A stretch of DNA of 64,000 nucleotides, taken from sequence record MW384823.1. One strand, written 5' to 3'. Shown here piece after piece: positions 34,322 through 44,326 of the stretch (positions are counted from its first letter, which is position 1; the number at the start of each line of letters is the position of its first letter). The notes under the pieces were generated by a model, which saw only the letters and a program-made list of their open reading frames with translations, was not told the DNA's origin and did no database searches. The translations under genes and the position numbers were made by a program.

Positions 34322-36420
34322 TGGATGCTCGCCAAGTACACGTACGTGATCTCCGTAACCTGAACTCTGATCAGGTATGGCGTCTTCGCGGACGTTATGA
34401 TGTAACGTTTGATGATGGTGTGACCCAACCGATGTCGGGTCGCCACATCAAACTCAGTTGGCCGTACTGGGGCATCTCTCGATTCTATCCGCAGGTACCG
34501 ACACCTTCCACGATGTGTTATCGTCGTGGGGGTGAGTGGGCAACGGATGATCGTCATATCGACCTGATGTCCGAAGCTGCTGTACTCGCCCGCAAAGCGG
34601 GCATTGATTTAGCCGATACCCGTTATCTGTTAAGTCAGCACATCTATGCCGATGCGTTCAACCTGACAGTGAAGAACCTGCTGTCGTATTGTACGACCAT
34701 CGACATCGATACCATGATGCAGATTTACGACCATCCTGATTATCAGATTATCCACGAGTGGGCGAAGCAGTACCCGAGCGGTTATGATGAAGAAGGGGTC
34801 GATAAGGTTAACGAAGCGTACGAGATTATCGAACGTATCATTCGTTCACCTGAGCTGGCAGACAACCCGGTGGCGATGTCGGTACTCGACAAAACTATCA
34901 AGATGGATCAGGTGCTCCAAGCCTATGTGCGTGGTAAAACCTCTGAAATCGATTCCCGTGTCTATTCGAATCAGGTATGGGAAGGGTTCTTCGGTGGTCT
35001 GAACTCGGTTATCAGCCGACTGAAAGAATCGGGTGCAACGTCACGTTCGCACCTGTACAACACCGACAAGATTGCGGAAGCAGAATACGGCTCCCGTAAA
35101 CTCCAGCTCGCTGCAAACGTGCTGACCCACTTCACCTTAGATGACTGTGGTACCGAGCACGCCCACGAACATACGTTCCGTGACACCAAAGAGAGCAAGA
35201 CGCAATACGACGCCATGGTCGGGATGCGTTTCCGCTTCAACGGTGAATCGGGGCCGTGGCGCGTGTTCGAGAAAGGCCACTTCGAGGATGTGGTTGATAA
35301 GCCGCTCCTGTTCCGATCTGCCATGACCTGTCGCCACATGGCGAAGCAGGGTATCTGTGCGGTCTGTATGGGCGACTTGGTGTACAACCTGTCGGAGAAA
35401 ACCTCACCGGGTCACTTGGCATCCACCTCCATCTCGGAAAAGGGTACCCAAGGGATTCTCTCAACGAAGCACCTCGACTTCCTGCGTGAACTGTTTACGC
35501 TGGTTATCGGTGGGCGCATCAAAGGCTACTTCCGTGGCTATGAGAAAGGGTCAGAGAAAGGTCTGCGTTTACTCGACAAGCCGGAGTTCGGTACGTGGAG
35601 TGAATACTCACTGGTGGTATCTGAGAAGATGCACTCTGAACTGAGTCAGGTGGCGTACTACGACAACCTCGAAGACATTGATGAAACCTCTCTGCCGGAT
35701 GTCACAGACGTTACGTTTGTGCGTTTGAATGCAGATGGTGAACCGTGTGGCGGGGAATCACTGGATGTCCGTATGGGCGTCTGCGGGAACTTCTCGAAAG
35801 CGTTCTTGGCGTACTTCCTGAAAGTGCGTGACGAGATCCAGTTCATCCGCAAAGGTGAGATTCGTATTCCAATGAGTGGCTGGAAGCCGAAAGCGCCGTT
35901 CCTCATTTATACTAACCGTTCCGAATCCATGGCAGAGTTCGTTGCCGGTCTTGAGACCAAGCTGCGTTCTGTTGCTGCGGACAAGAACGAAACACCGATG
36001 GACTTCACTACGGATGCCACGGTGAAAATGAGTAAAGATGGTAAAGTTAAGACGCTTACCTTGGTGGAGATGGGTGGGTCTACCGAACGTCAATGTACCT
36101 TTGCGATGTTCGATACCTTCCGCTACATTAACCGTAAGCTGAAAGGGATTCCGATGACACACATCGGTATCATGCTTGCCATTTCTCGTGTGGAAAGCCC
36201 CATCAATCCGTTCCCTGCGGTAGGATTCGATAAGGAAACTGCCATTGATGGTATGGGTAAACGGTTCTTAGACCACAATACGCTGATTGCGATTCGTAGT
36301 GCTGCCCCGATGTTGTTCTTCCAAGGCCAGCAAGACAATCTCAACCGCGTAGGGTTCTATACCACACGTAAGATTCCGGCGTCGTTGTATGACGGGTCAT
36401 TCAAAACACGGTTGCATTAA
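34321..36420 (+). CDS. nvRNAP beta' C-terminal subunit (phiKZ gp74-like)
   Basis: Bridge helix KIAEAEYGSRKLQL, DDCGT, C..GICAVCMG, SEKGTQGILSTKH trigger loop. Confidence 0.9.
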   Translation: MDARQVHVRDLRNLNSDQVWRLRGRYDVTFDDGVTQPMSGRHIKLSWPYWGISRFYPQVPTPSTMCYRRGGEWATDDRHIDLMSEAAVLARKAGIDLADTRYLLSQHIYADAFNLTVKNLLSYCTTIDIDTMMQIYDHPDYQIIHEWAKQYPSGYDEEGVDKVNEAYEIIERIIRSPELADNPVAMSVLDKTIKMDQVLQAYVRGKTSEIDSRVYSNQVWEGFFGGLNSVISRLKESGATSRSHLYNTDKIAEAEYGSRKLQLAANVLTHFTLDDCGTEHAHEHTFRDTKESKTQYDAMVGMRFRFNGESGPWRVFEKGHFEDVVDKPLLFRSAMTCRHMAKQGICAVCMGDLVYNLSEKTSPGHLASTSISEKGTQGILSTKHLDFLRELFTLVIGGRIKGYFRGYEKGSEKGLRLLDKPEFGTWSEYSLVVSEKMHSELSQVAYYDNLEDIDETSLPDVTDVTFVRLNADGEPCGGESLDVRMGVCGNFSKAFLAYFLKVRDEIQFIRKGEIRIPMSGWKPKAPFLIYTNRSESMAEFVAGLETKLRSVAADKNETPMDFTTDATVKMSKDGKVKTLTLVEMGGSTERQCTFAMFDTFRYINRKLKGIPMTHIGIMLAISRVESPINPFPAVGFDKETAIDGMGKRFLDHNTLIAIRSAAPMLFFQGQQDNLNRVGFYTTRKIPASLYDGSFKTRLH

Positions 36421-36461
36421 TACAGAGGGGCATCTGCCCCTCTTTTTTTGTAGAGGGGTAT

Positions 36462-38168
36462 ATGCAGCAGATTAACATCACGCACACCACCATGGGGGTG
36501 CGAATTGAAGTTCCTATCCGACCAGTTGAGATTGCGATCAAGACGTGGGCGGAGCGGAATCTGCACGCCCCGAAAATGGGAAAAGAGCGCGGCAAGATTA
36601 CCGTGGAACAAGGAGATGGCTACTACGCCCACATGGAAGGCGCACGTAGCTTTATCTTTCACAAAGCTCACCTTGAGGAAATCCTCTCGATTATCAAGAA
36701 CGCTATCATTGAATACCGGCTTGAGGCGGAGGTCAAACACCACAAGGTAGAGCGATCGGAGCCTTACCGTTGTACGTTTGAAAATTTCGGTACACCGATG
36801 ATTGTAGACGATCCCGAATCCCGCTTCTATTACCAGAACGATGTGGTAGAGAAGGCGCTTGATCCGAATCGGCTGCAAACCATCTTTGCCATCGATACCG
36901 GCCGTGGGAAAACGAAGTCGCTGCAAAAGGTGATGGTGCGTAAACAAGTGCGTACCGCCCTCATCATGCGTCCGACTTACGTGGACAAATGGCTGTTCGA
37001 TATCTGCGAAGACCCTACCGGCTTGCAGATTGACAAAGACAAGGTACTCGTGTGCCGTGGCGTCCAAGGGATTATTGAAGCGTACGAGATGGGCCTCAGT
37101 GGGGAGTTAGACCGCCGGGATATCCGGGCGATTATCTTCCCAACCGTCTCTCTTCAATTGTTCCTGAAAGAGTACATCAACACCGGCCACTCAATGGGTA
37201 TTGACATTGAGCGGTTTTACGATGTGATGGGTGTGGGTTTGATTGGGATGGATGAGGTGCACGAGCATTTCTATTTGGTGTATCTGGCCGGGATTATCCT
37301 GAACCCATGTGCATCGATTGAAATGTCAGCTACCTTGGAGCCGGGTGCCGCGAAGACGTTTATCATCTCGCGTTATCTGGAACGCTTCCCAATGGAGCTA
37401 CGTTTGACCGTTGAGCGTATTAAGGTCGTTGATATCCGCGCGTTCTATTACACGCTGGATGACAAGAAGTTGGCGTGGTGGGCGACGAAGATGTCCCCCT
37501 ACAACCATAAGCTGTTTGAAGGTAAGTTGATTCGCGAGGGCTTCCACGTTTCGTACTGCGAGATGTGGTGGAATCTGATCGAGAAGGTGTACCTGTCCAA
37601 TTACCAACCGGGACAGAAGATCATCATCTTGTTCTCAACCGTTGACATGTGTGAGTTCTTCACCCAGTTCCTGCATCAGAAGCTGGCGGGGAATGAACAG
37701 TTCAGCGAGTTGATGGTGGCGAAGTATAACGGTGGCGATTCGTATGATGACTTCATCATGGCGGAGTTTGGTGTGTCTACGCCGAACAAAGCCGGTACCG
37801 CGATAGACAAACCGGGTATGGTCCACATGATCGTGACAGTGCCAGTAGATGACCAACAGCTGAATTTACAGATTGCCGGACGTCCGCGTCCTGTGCGTGA
37901 AGTATTTGGTTGGGACATGAACCCGATTGTGTGGTTCGGGCATTGCATGAACATTGCTAAACATGGGACGTACCTGAACTCACGTATGCGTTCGCTGCGT
38001 GACACGGTATTGTCATTCAAGGTTGCGACTTCCCCTTATGTTGTAAGGAAAACGTATGATAACGCCTCCACTTCCAGCCGCCCCAACAGCCCCTTACGCC
38101 GGATTGACGTTGGCAGACTTTCTCGTAAAGGTGCTAAGGGCCTATCCCGGCGCAGAAAGCGCCGCTAA
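36462..38168 (+). CDS. SF2 DEAD/DEAH-like helicase (phiKZ gp75-like)
   Basis: Walker A DTGRGKT, DEVH, MSAT, QIAGRPR. Confidence 0.9.
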   Translation: MQQINITHTTMGVRIEVPIRPVEIAIKTWAERNLHAPKMGKERGKITVEQGDGYYAHMEGARSFIFHKAHLEEILSIIKNAIIEYRLEAEVKHHKVERSEPYRCTFENFGTPMIVDDPESRFYYQNDVVEKALDPNRLQTIFAIDTGRGKTKSLQKVMVRKQVRTALIMRPTYVDKWLFDICEDPTGLQIDKDKVLVCRGVQGIIEAYEMGLSGELDRRDIRAIIFPTVSLQLFLKEYINTGHSMGIDIERFYDVMGVGLIGMDEVHEHFYLVYLAGIILNPCASIEMSATLEPGAAKTFIISRYLERFPMELRLTVERIKVVDIRAFYYTLDDKKLAWWATKMSPYNHKLFEGKLIREGFHVSYCEMWWNLIEKVYLSNYQPGQKIIILFSTVDMCEFFTQFLHQKLAGNEQFSELMVAKYNGGDSYDDFIMAEFGVSTPNKAGTAIDKPGMVHMIVTVPVDDQQLNLQIAGRPRPVREVFGWDMNPIVWFGHCMNIAKHGTYLNSRMRSLRDTVLSFKVATSPYVVRKTYDNASTSSRPNSPLRRIDVGRLSRKGAKGLSRRRKRR

Positions 38169-38436
38169 GGCATTGTGTCAGGACCCGGAGATTAACCGGG
38201 CCTTTCACTATTACACGATTACGGAACACTTCACGTCCTGCTTTATCATGCAGCGTGGGTTAACGTATTTCGTCACTCGTACGTCCAGTATCCGTGGCAC
38301 TGCGGCGTACGAACTTTATTCTTACGAACTGTGGAACAACAATCCCGCAGGGAATACCGATGAAAACCCGAAAGTGGCCTACCGCCTCTTCTCGGATAAA
38401 TGGCATGATTGGGTGACGGTACCACACAACGCTTAA
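38056..38436 (+). CDS. hypothetical protein overlapping helicase 3' end
   Basis: AAGGA RBS; fills the 270-nt gap after helicase. Confidence 0.55.
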   Translation: MITPPLPAAPTAPYAGLTLADFLVKVLRAYPGAESAAKALCQDPEINRAFHYYTITEHFTSCFIMQRGLTYFVTRTSSIRGTAAYELYSYELWNNNPAGNTDENPKVAYRLFSDKWHDWVTVPHNA

Positions 38437-38490
38437 TTACAGCGTTAGTGTATATTGTGTAGAGTCACTTTCATTAATAAGGAATATCCG

Positions 38491-39108
38491 ATGTCTCGTC
38501 GTAAAAAGCAGCCTGGTTTTAGCCCGCGTGAAGCAGCACGCGAACGTGTCCGTAACATCATGCGTGGCATGAACACGACTGAGAGTGTTTTCCTCGGTCA
38601 TTCGAAAACCCACGCCGAGAAAATCGACCGTGAGTTTGAACGTATCAACGCGCTGATGGGTGAAGACCTGAAAGCGTATTTGACGGAGTGGTTAAAGAAC
38701 TCTCAGGCTGCCTTCTTGGGTGCCATGCAGGACTTCAAAACGCGCCTGTTCGCCGTGCGTACTGATGCCGATGCAAAGGCAACCAAACTGATGGAGGTCA
38801 TCGACGGCCACAAGTGGGACGAAATCAAAGACGTCGTGGTTGTGGCTGAGCTGGAACTGGCGGACTTTGACATTCAGGTGGATACCGTGGCACAGGAAAC
38901 CCTGCTGGCTATCGTTGAAGCCGGTGCTGCCTACGAGCAGCGTCGTGAATGCGTCCGTGTGGGTCTGCACAACAACTGGTCCCATGAAGCGATTCTGACC
39001 AAGCTGCGCGAGCTAGACAGCCAAGCCGCAGCCGCTGCCTTAGCGGCGGCAGAAGCAGCCGAAGCGTCAGAACCTGTAGCAGAGCAAGAGGAAACTGCGA
39101 ATGTCTAA
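38491..39108 (+). CDS. hypothetical helical protein
   Basis: Start MSRRKKQ with AAGGA RBS. Confidence 0.85.
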   Translation: MSRRKKQPGFSPREAARERVRNIMRGMNTTESVFLGHSKTHAEKIDREFERINALMGEDLKAYLTEWLKNSQAAFLGAMQDFKTRLFAVRTDADAKATKLMEVIDGHKWDEIKDVVVVAELELADFDIQVDTVAQETLLAIVEAGAAYEQRRECVRVGLHNNWSHEAILTKLRELDSQAAAAALAAAEAAEASEPVAEQEETANV

Positions 39109-41155
39109 CGATCCGCGTCCGACGTTCGGTGCTGCCGAACCGGAAACGGCTGAGGTGCGACTTCCTCCGCGTGAAACCCTGATGGGTAAATCCGCGGAGG
39201 AGGTGGCCTTCGAGCTGGTAAAACTCAATCCCACTTTTTCTTTTGCCGAAGCAACCGAGCGGGCGAAAGAGTTAGTGGTGCTGAACGCCCCGGTAGAAGA
39301 TACGCCGCCGCCTGTGGTGGATACCCAACCTGCGGTACTCGACCAACCGATGGTGCGTGAAGCCACACCGGAAAATCTCGCGGCGCTGCAAAGCACAGAG
39401 AACCAACTGGAACAACCGGTTAAGCTTGATCTCTCTCCGGTACAACCGGCAGCCGCAGAGCCTGAGCCGCAAGCCGCGGTACAGCCGCGTGTCGAACATA
39501 TCGCCGAAGCGCCGCCGATTGTTCAGCCTTTGGGTGTACAAACACCTAAACCGGAGTTCGTTCCGGTTAAGGCGGAAGTGATTCCTGCCCCGGCACTCGA
39601 TGTTGAAGATCCCCCGGCCGATCGCGATGAGAAGACGCCGAACCTCTCGAAAGAGAAACGTCGTCAGATTGACTTCGGGCCAGAAGCACACCGTGCTGAA
39701 ATTACCAGCATGGACCCCGAAGACCCGCATCGCGTGCTGACGCAAAGCGATGAACTGGTGGGTACCACGCTGCCGCTGGCCGGTGAGCAGGAAGTCATGC
39801 AATTCTTTGCCAGCATCCCGCGTAACCGTGAAGGGCGTCCGATGTTCCGTTCAGCCGCTGAAGAGGAGCGTTATCAGAAGCTCTTTACGGCGCTGGAGCT
39901 GACCCCGCCTATCATGATCAACAACCGCGCCGCGTTTGACATGGCGCTGGAACGTGAAGACACGGCGTGGCAACAGACCATCAAGCTGCCGAACGGTAAG
40001 TATGTCTCTGCGGTCACTGACCGTGGTGCGAATGCCCAAGGCGCGATGGCCGCGCTGCGTCGTCGTCGTGGTTCCGGTTCTCCGGTTTCCGTGTGGCTGC
40101 CTGCAACCGGTATCTTTGTTGGCTTCCGCGCCCCGCATGAAAACGACATGTGTGACTTCGATATTCGTATCACGTCAGAGCAGTCGAAAATCGGGATGTT
40201 CACCTACGGTCTGCTGTTGGCCTCGTCTTCGGGCGTGTATCTCCAGCACATGATCGAACACTCGCTGAACTTTGCGGTCGACACCACGTACGACTGTCAG
40301 GGTCTGGACATTAAGACCGCCCTGATGGATATCGTGGATGTGGACGACTACTGGCTGCTGGTCATCGGGCCGTTGATGGCGAAATTCCCGGCGGGTATTC
40401 CATGGAAGCTGCTGTGTCCGAATCACGAATGTGGACATGAGCGTGAAGTGCGTCTGAATCTGGCTCGCTGTATCCGTATGGCAGATGGCCTGTTCTCTGA
40501 CCTGCACCGTTCGCTCTGGCTGCGCCAGCGTGGTAAAGGGCCGGATGCGATCATCGGTAACGCCGAGTATCTGGAATACCGCAAAGAACTGCCGAAGTCC
40601 AAAGCCGCCCGTTTCAACTACGAGCAGCTGGGCATCACGGTCGAGTTCGGTCGTTCCACTATCGGTCAGTTCATCGATAACACCAATGCGTGGGTAGAGA
40701 AGATTAACACCTCTGCCACCAACGCACTGGCAAATCATGCGACCGAATCTGAGCGTTCGCAATACATCCGTTTGGCTGCGGAAAACCGCCGCCTGACCCG
40801 TTATGCGACACACGTTAAAGCCATCATCGTTGAAGAGACGGTGAAAGGTGAATCGGTTGAGACCCGCGAAGAAGATCCAGACCGTATTTTCGAAATGTTA
40901 GAAGAACTTTCTTCTGACCGCATGTACGTGCTGGCATTTGAAAACGCGCTGTCCACTTACAACGAAGAATCGCGCATGGCCGTGTTTGGTTACATGGGTC
41001 ACGCGTGTCCGAGCTGTAAGACCGGGGAGGGTGAAGAAGACGGTCCGTTCCGTGGTATTGTTACCATCAGCCCGGACAAGGTTTTTTTCGCGCTATCTCG
41101 TGTGGTGTTCGAGATACAGAGAGTCTACTTACAACAATTCGAAAATATTGGATAG
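39101..41155 (+). CDS. conserved core protein (phiKZ gp77-like) with CxxC pairs; candidate assembly chaperone
   Basis: 684 aa; Pro/Glu-rich N-terminus; CPNHEC and CPSC. Confidence 0.8.
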   Translation: MSNDPRPTFGAAEPETAEVRLPPRETLMGKSAEEVAFELVKLNPTFSFAEATERAKELVVLNAPVEDTPPPVVDTQPAVLDQPMVREATPENLAALQSTENQLEQPVKLDLSPVQPAAAEPEPQAAVQPRVEHIAEAPPIVQPLGVQTPKPEFVPVKAEVIPAPALDVEDPPADRDEKTPNLSKEKRRQIDFGPEAHRAEITSMDPEDPHRVLTQSDELVGTTLPLAGEQEVMQFFASIPRNREGRPMFRSAAEEERYQKLFTALELTPPIMINNRAAFDMALEREDTAWQQTIKLPNGKYVSAVTDRGANAQGAMAALRRRRGSGSPVSVWLPATGIFVGFRAPHENDMCDFDIRITSEQSKIGMFTYGLLLASSSGVYLQHMIEHSLNFAVDTTYDCQGLDIKTALMDIVDVDDYWLLVIGPLMAKFPAGIPWKLLCPNHECGHEREVRLNLARCIRMADGLFSDLHRSLWLRQRGKGPDAIIGNAEYLEYRKELPKSKAARFNYEQLGITVEFGRSTIGQFIDNTNAWVEKINTSATNALANHATESERSQYIRLAAENRRLTRYATHVKAIIVEETVKGESVETREEDPDRIFEMLEELSSDRMYVLAFENALSTYNEESRMAVFGYMGHACPSCKTGEGEEDGPFRGIVTISPDKVFFALSRVVFEIQRVYLQQFENIG
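41083..41116 (+). promoter_or_regulatory. candidate -1 programmed ribosomal frameshift signal
   Basis: In-phase heptamer T TTT TTC (41083-41089), hairpin TATCTCG/CGAGATA (41094-41116), open -1 frame into 41194..41562. Confidence 0.6.
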
Positions 41156-41193
41156 ACGCCGACGACGTTCCAGCCGAAGCTATCATCACTGCC

Positions 41194-41562
41194 ATGAAGC
41201 TGGACACCACCTCGCTGTTCAAACGGCGAGACAGTCGACCTATCACGTATCAAGAAGCGCATGACGAGCTACTCTCCACGTACGACGGGATACTCGGGTT
41301 AGAGACCGGTGAGAACAACATCAGTGTCTCTGACTTCGAGAACCCCATCAACCAGAGCTTGTATGAAATCTGGGCGACCACGTACGTGCGGGAAGGTATC
41401 AAGGAGTTGTTTGGTTACGACCTTGACACTTGGCTTGATAGGCCGCGTTGGAAGTTGATGAAGCATCTGGAAATCGCAAAACGTCGTCGTGCTGAGCTAG
41501 ACAATGCTAAGAAAGGCGCAATCCCGCCAGAACTTGAGAAAGAACTGAAAGGGCGCATCTAA
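41194..41562 (+). CDS. conserved core protein (phiKZ gp79-like); possibly C-terminal part of a frameshift fusion
   Basis: 122 aa; no Shine-Dalgarno before ATG; frame open back to 41035. Confidence 0.75.
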   Translation: MKLDTTSLFKRRDSRPITYQEAHDELLSTYDGILGLETGENNISVSDFENPINQSLYEIWATTYVREGIKELFGYDLDTWLDRPRWKLMKHLEIAKRRRAELDNAKKGAIPPELEKELKGRI

Positions 41563-41621
41563 GGGAGCTTCGGCTCCCTTTTATTTTTTTGTTGTTATGA
41601 GACCCATTTTAGGAAACCGTC

Positions 41622-42476
41622 ATGACTGACTTATACGAAGACTATGCCGACACACTCGGTCTGGTGAGACAAGAAGGCCGACTGGCCCCGGTGTTAGACT
41701 TAGTGTCGTTAGCTATCGAGTATGGTTACGATACGACGCTGATGGATATTTATACCGGTCAAATCCCAGACATGAATGAAGAGTGTCTGCGACTGGAAGC
41801 CCTCATTAACCGTTGCGCATGTGCGCTGGCACAACGACTGGGTGTGGGCCTGAACCCGCAGGTGGCCTACCGTAAACCAAAAGAGGTCGTGCGTATCCTC
41901 CACGGACTGACCTCCGCTTTTGAAGAATTCGAAGACACCGACACCTTGTACGGGATTCTGCTGTCCGGCGAACCGCCCGCTTACATTCTGGAAAACATGG
42001 TGCGCTATGTCTACGGGGACAACGATATCCACTTCGAAGACCTTGTGGTTGTGGTAGAACCGCGCGTCATGAACGTGATGCGTAACTTCCTTGCGGCCAC
42101 GTCTGCCGAACAACAGGCCGAGGGTACCGACAACCCGCGTATGCAACGGGTGGTGCAATTCTTGCGTGTCTACCCACAAAACCCATCGGCGTATGTCTTC
42201 CTGAACCTGAGCGACACGACTGACATCAACAGCGTCGTCAGTGCGCTGGATTTCAGTGACGAAGGCGGGGTTGGGGAAAGCGAGTTGCTTACCATCTACG
42301 CGGTCGGGTTGTCCATCATTGAAAACGAGACGTTCGATGAAGCCTATGCGGCACTCGAAGGGATGCTCGAGCTGATTAACAGTGATGAGGCCCCTGAAGA
42401 ACCCATCTTGCGGGATGGCTTGGCGGGCTTGAAAACCATCTACGGGGTAGAGGAGCAAACTGATGAACCGGATTGA
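41622..42476 (+). CDS. conserved acidic hypothetical protein
   Basis: 284 aa, AGGA RBS. Confidence 0.85.
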   Translation: MTDLYEDYADTLGLVRQEGRLAPVLDLVSLAIEYGYDTTLMDIYTGQIPDMNEECLRLEALINRCACALAQRLGVGLNPQVAYRKPKEVVRILHGLTSAFEEFEDTDTLYGILLSGEPPAYILENMVRYVYGDNDIHFEDLVVVVEPRVMNVMRNFLAATSAEQQAEGTDNPRMQRVVQFLRVYPQNPSAYVFLNLSDTTDINSVVSALDFSDEGGVGESELLTIYAVGLSIIENETFDEAYAALEGMLELINSDEAPEEPILRDGLAGLKTIYGVEEQTDEPD

Positions 42477-43761
42477 GTATTTGATTGCTGCGTGTAATGC
42501 CGAGGCGTGGCGTCGACTCGTCTGGCGTATTGGCCTGTTCAACGTCTGTATCTTCCCCGAAGCACACGAGCGCCCGGAACAGTATGACCTGAACTTCATT
42601 GAAGGGATGGCGCATTACTGGGATGAGGTGAATGGCCATTGGGAGTGGGTGCCCATTAAAGACGCTGTAAAGGACGCTGAGCTGTTTGTGCCTGAAATGC
42701 GATTCCAGCTACCGGTTGATGGTTATCCGGGCTTAGAGAGTGCGGTAGAGACGTCTGTGGGGCGCTATGTCCTGAACTGGATTGTCATCTACTACGCCTT
42801 TGAGAAACGGATGCCGTATCTGGAAGTGGGTCACCCAATGGACATCCGTAAAGAGATGTACAGCCGTTGTGTGGACTACGAGGATGATGACCCGGAGAAC
42901 GTGGGTGCTATCCGCCCGAGTATGGTTGACCGCTTTGTCAATGGCTTAGCCGAACTCGCTCCGTTGGCCAAGGCGATTGCCCCGACCGGTACCCTGCGTT
43001 CATGGACGGTACACCCTGATACGTACAAAATCCGCGATGCCCTGCTTGAGAAACACAAAGACGAGCTGGATAACCCTGCCGTCATTGTGAAGATTGAACA
43101 GGCGTTGGATGAACTCGATAAAGAGTGGCTGTCCGGTGACCAGTCTGTGCAGTATTACGCCTCGAAGAAATCCCGCATGCGTCGCCGTAAGCTGATGCTG
43201 ATGTACGGGATTGAATCAGCCTTCCAAGAAGGGGCTGACTTTACCCTGATACCAAACGCGTTGGTTGAGGTGGATAAAGAAGGGCTCAAGAATCTGGTGG
43301 CGAAGTACAACTCGATTCGTGACGGTTCATTCTCCCGTGGTGCGGAAACCGCGAAAGGGGGTGAGCAGGTACGTATCATCCAGATGATTTTCCAGAACCA
43401 CAAAATCGTTGAAGGGGACTGCGGCACGAAACTTGTCCATCAGGTCTTCATTACCGAACTCAACGTGAAGCGCTACCTTGGCATGAACGCCATGGTCAAC
43501 GGTAAGCTGACGCCAATTACCGACAGCTTCATGAAAGCCAATCTGGGCAAAATCATTAACCTGCGTCGCCCCATCCTATGTCAGATGGGTCACGTCGACT
43601 GCTGCGCGGCTTGCGCATCCAATGAGAAAGCCAAAGAACCCCGCGCGATTGCCGCCGATATCTCTACCGCGTTCTCGAACGTCATGGGTGTGGCAATGGC
43701 AAAGATGCACGGTTCTGATACCGTAGTTGTCGAGTTCAAACCCAAACTTCACATCACTTAA
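42463..43761 (+). CDS. virion RNA polymerase beta'-like subunit (phiKZ gp80-like)
   Basis: RDGSFSRGAETAKGG bridge-helix region, GDCGT, LRRPILC...CCAAC. Confidence 0.85.
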   Translation: MNRIEYLIAACNAEAWRRLVWRIGLFNVCIFPEAHERPEQYDLNFIEGMAHYWDEVNGHWEWVPIKDAVKDAELFVPEMRFQLPVDGYPGLESAVETSVGRYVLNWIVIYYAFEKRMPYLEVGHPMDIRKEMYSRCVDYEDDDPENVGAIRPSMVDRFVNGLAELAPLAKAIAPTGTLRSWTVHPDTYKIRDALLEKHKDELDNPAVIVKIEQALDELDKEWLSGDQSVQYYASKKSRMRRRKLMLMYGIESAFQEGADFTLIPNALVEVDKEGLKNLVAKYNSIRDGSFSRGAETAKGGEQVRIIQMIFQNHKIVEGDCGTKLVHQVFITELNVKRYLGMNAMVNGKLTPITDSFMKANLGKIINLRRPILCQMGHVDCCAACASNEKAKEPRAIAADISTAFSNVMGVAMAKMHGSDTVVVEFKPKLHIT

Positions 43762-43772
43762 AAGGATATATC

Positions 43773-44282
43773 ATGACTCAGCCAGTTAAAGACACGAGCA
43801 CCCAAAATGCTGCGCGTCCTGAAACCCTTTCCGTCACCAGTGCAACGTACGGCAACGATGAACAGAGTCAGGTCAAACTGATTGCTGACATGCTGGACAG
43901 TGCCGGTAACACCGTTGGCCGTAACAAGTCACCGAGTTCGCAGAAGAAAGCCGAAGCGTACGGTCAGCTGCACAACGCGTTCCGTAACCTGTTCAAGCTG
44001 CGCGGTCAAGCGTTCCTTGATGGCTTCGCGTGTTTCGTGAATGCGGTGAACAAATACCCGGACGGGATTTTCTATCTGCCGCTGGTTAACGAAAACCTGT
44101 CAGACTTCAGCAACCAAGCTGAGCGTGAAGTGTTCATGATCTTCATCAACAACACGGTGCGTTTCGCGCGTTCTGCGAACAAAGCGAACTTCGGCCAGAT
44201 TAGCAATATCGAACGTCTGACCTCACGTATGTCCGACCCGGAACTGCGCAGCCTGCTGCGTGCGGCTTTCCTCGTCGAATAA
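43773..44282 (+). CDS. conserved hypothetical protein
   Basis: 169 aa, AAGGA RBS. Confidence 0.85.
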   Translation: MTQPVKDTSTQNAARPETLSVTSATYGNDEQSQVKLIADMLDSAGNTVGRNKSPSSQKKAEAYGQLHNAFRNLFKLRGQAFLDGFACFVNAVNKYPDGIFYLPLVNENLSDFSNQAEREVFMIFINNTVRFARSANKANFGQISNIERLTSRMSDPELRSLLRAAFLVE

Positions 44283-44326
44283 AAAAATAAAGCTACCTAC
44301 TCCCAAAGGAGTAGGTAGTCTTTTTA
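44281..44326. terminator. bidirectional terminator
   Basis: CTACCTACTCC-CAAA-GGAGTAGGTAG with A/T tracts. Confidence 0.85.
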
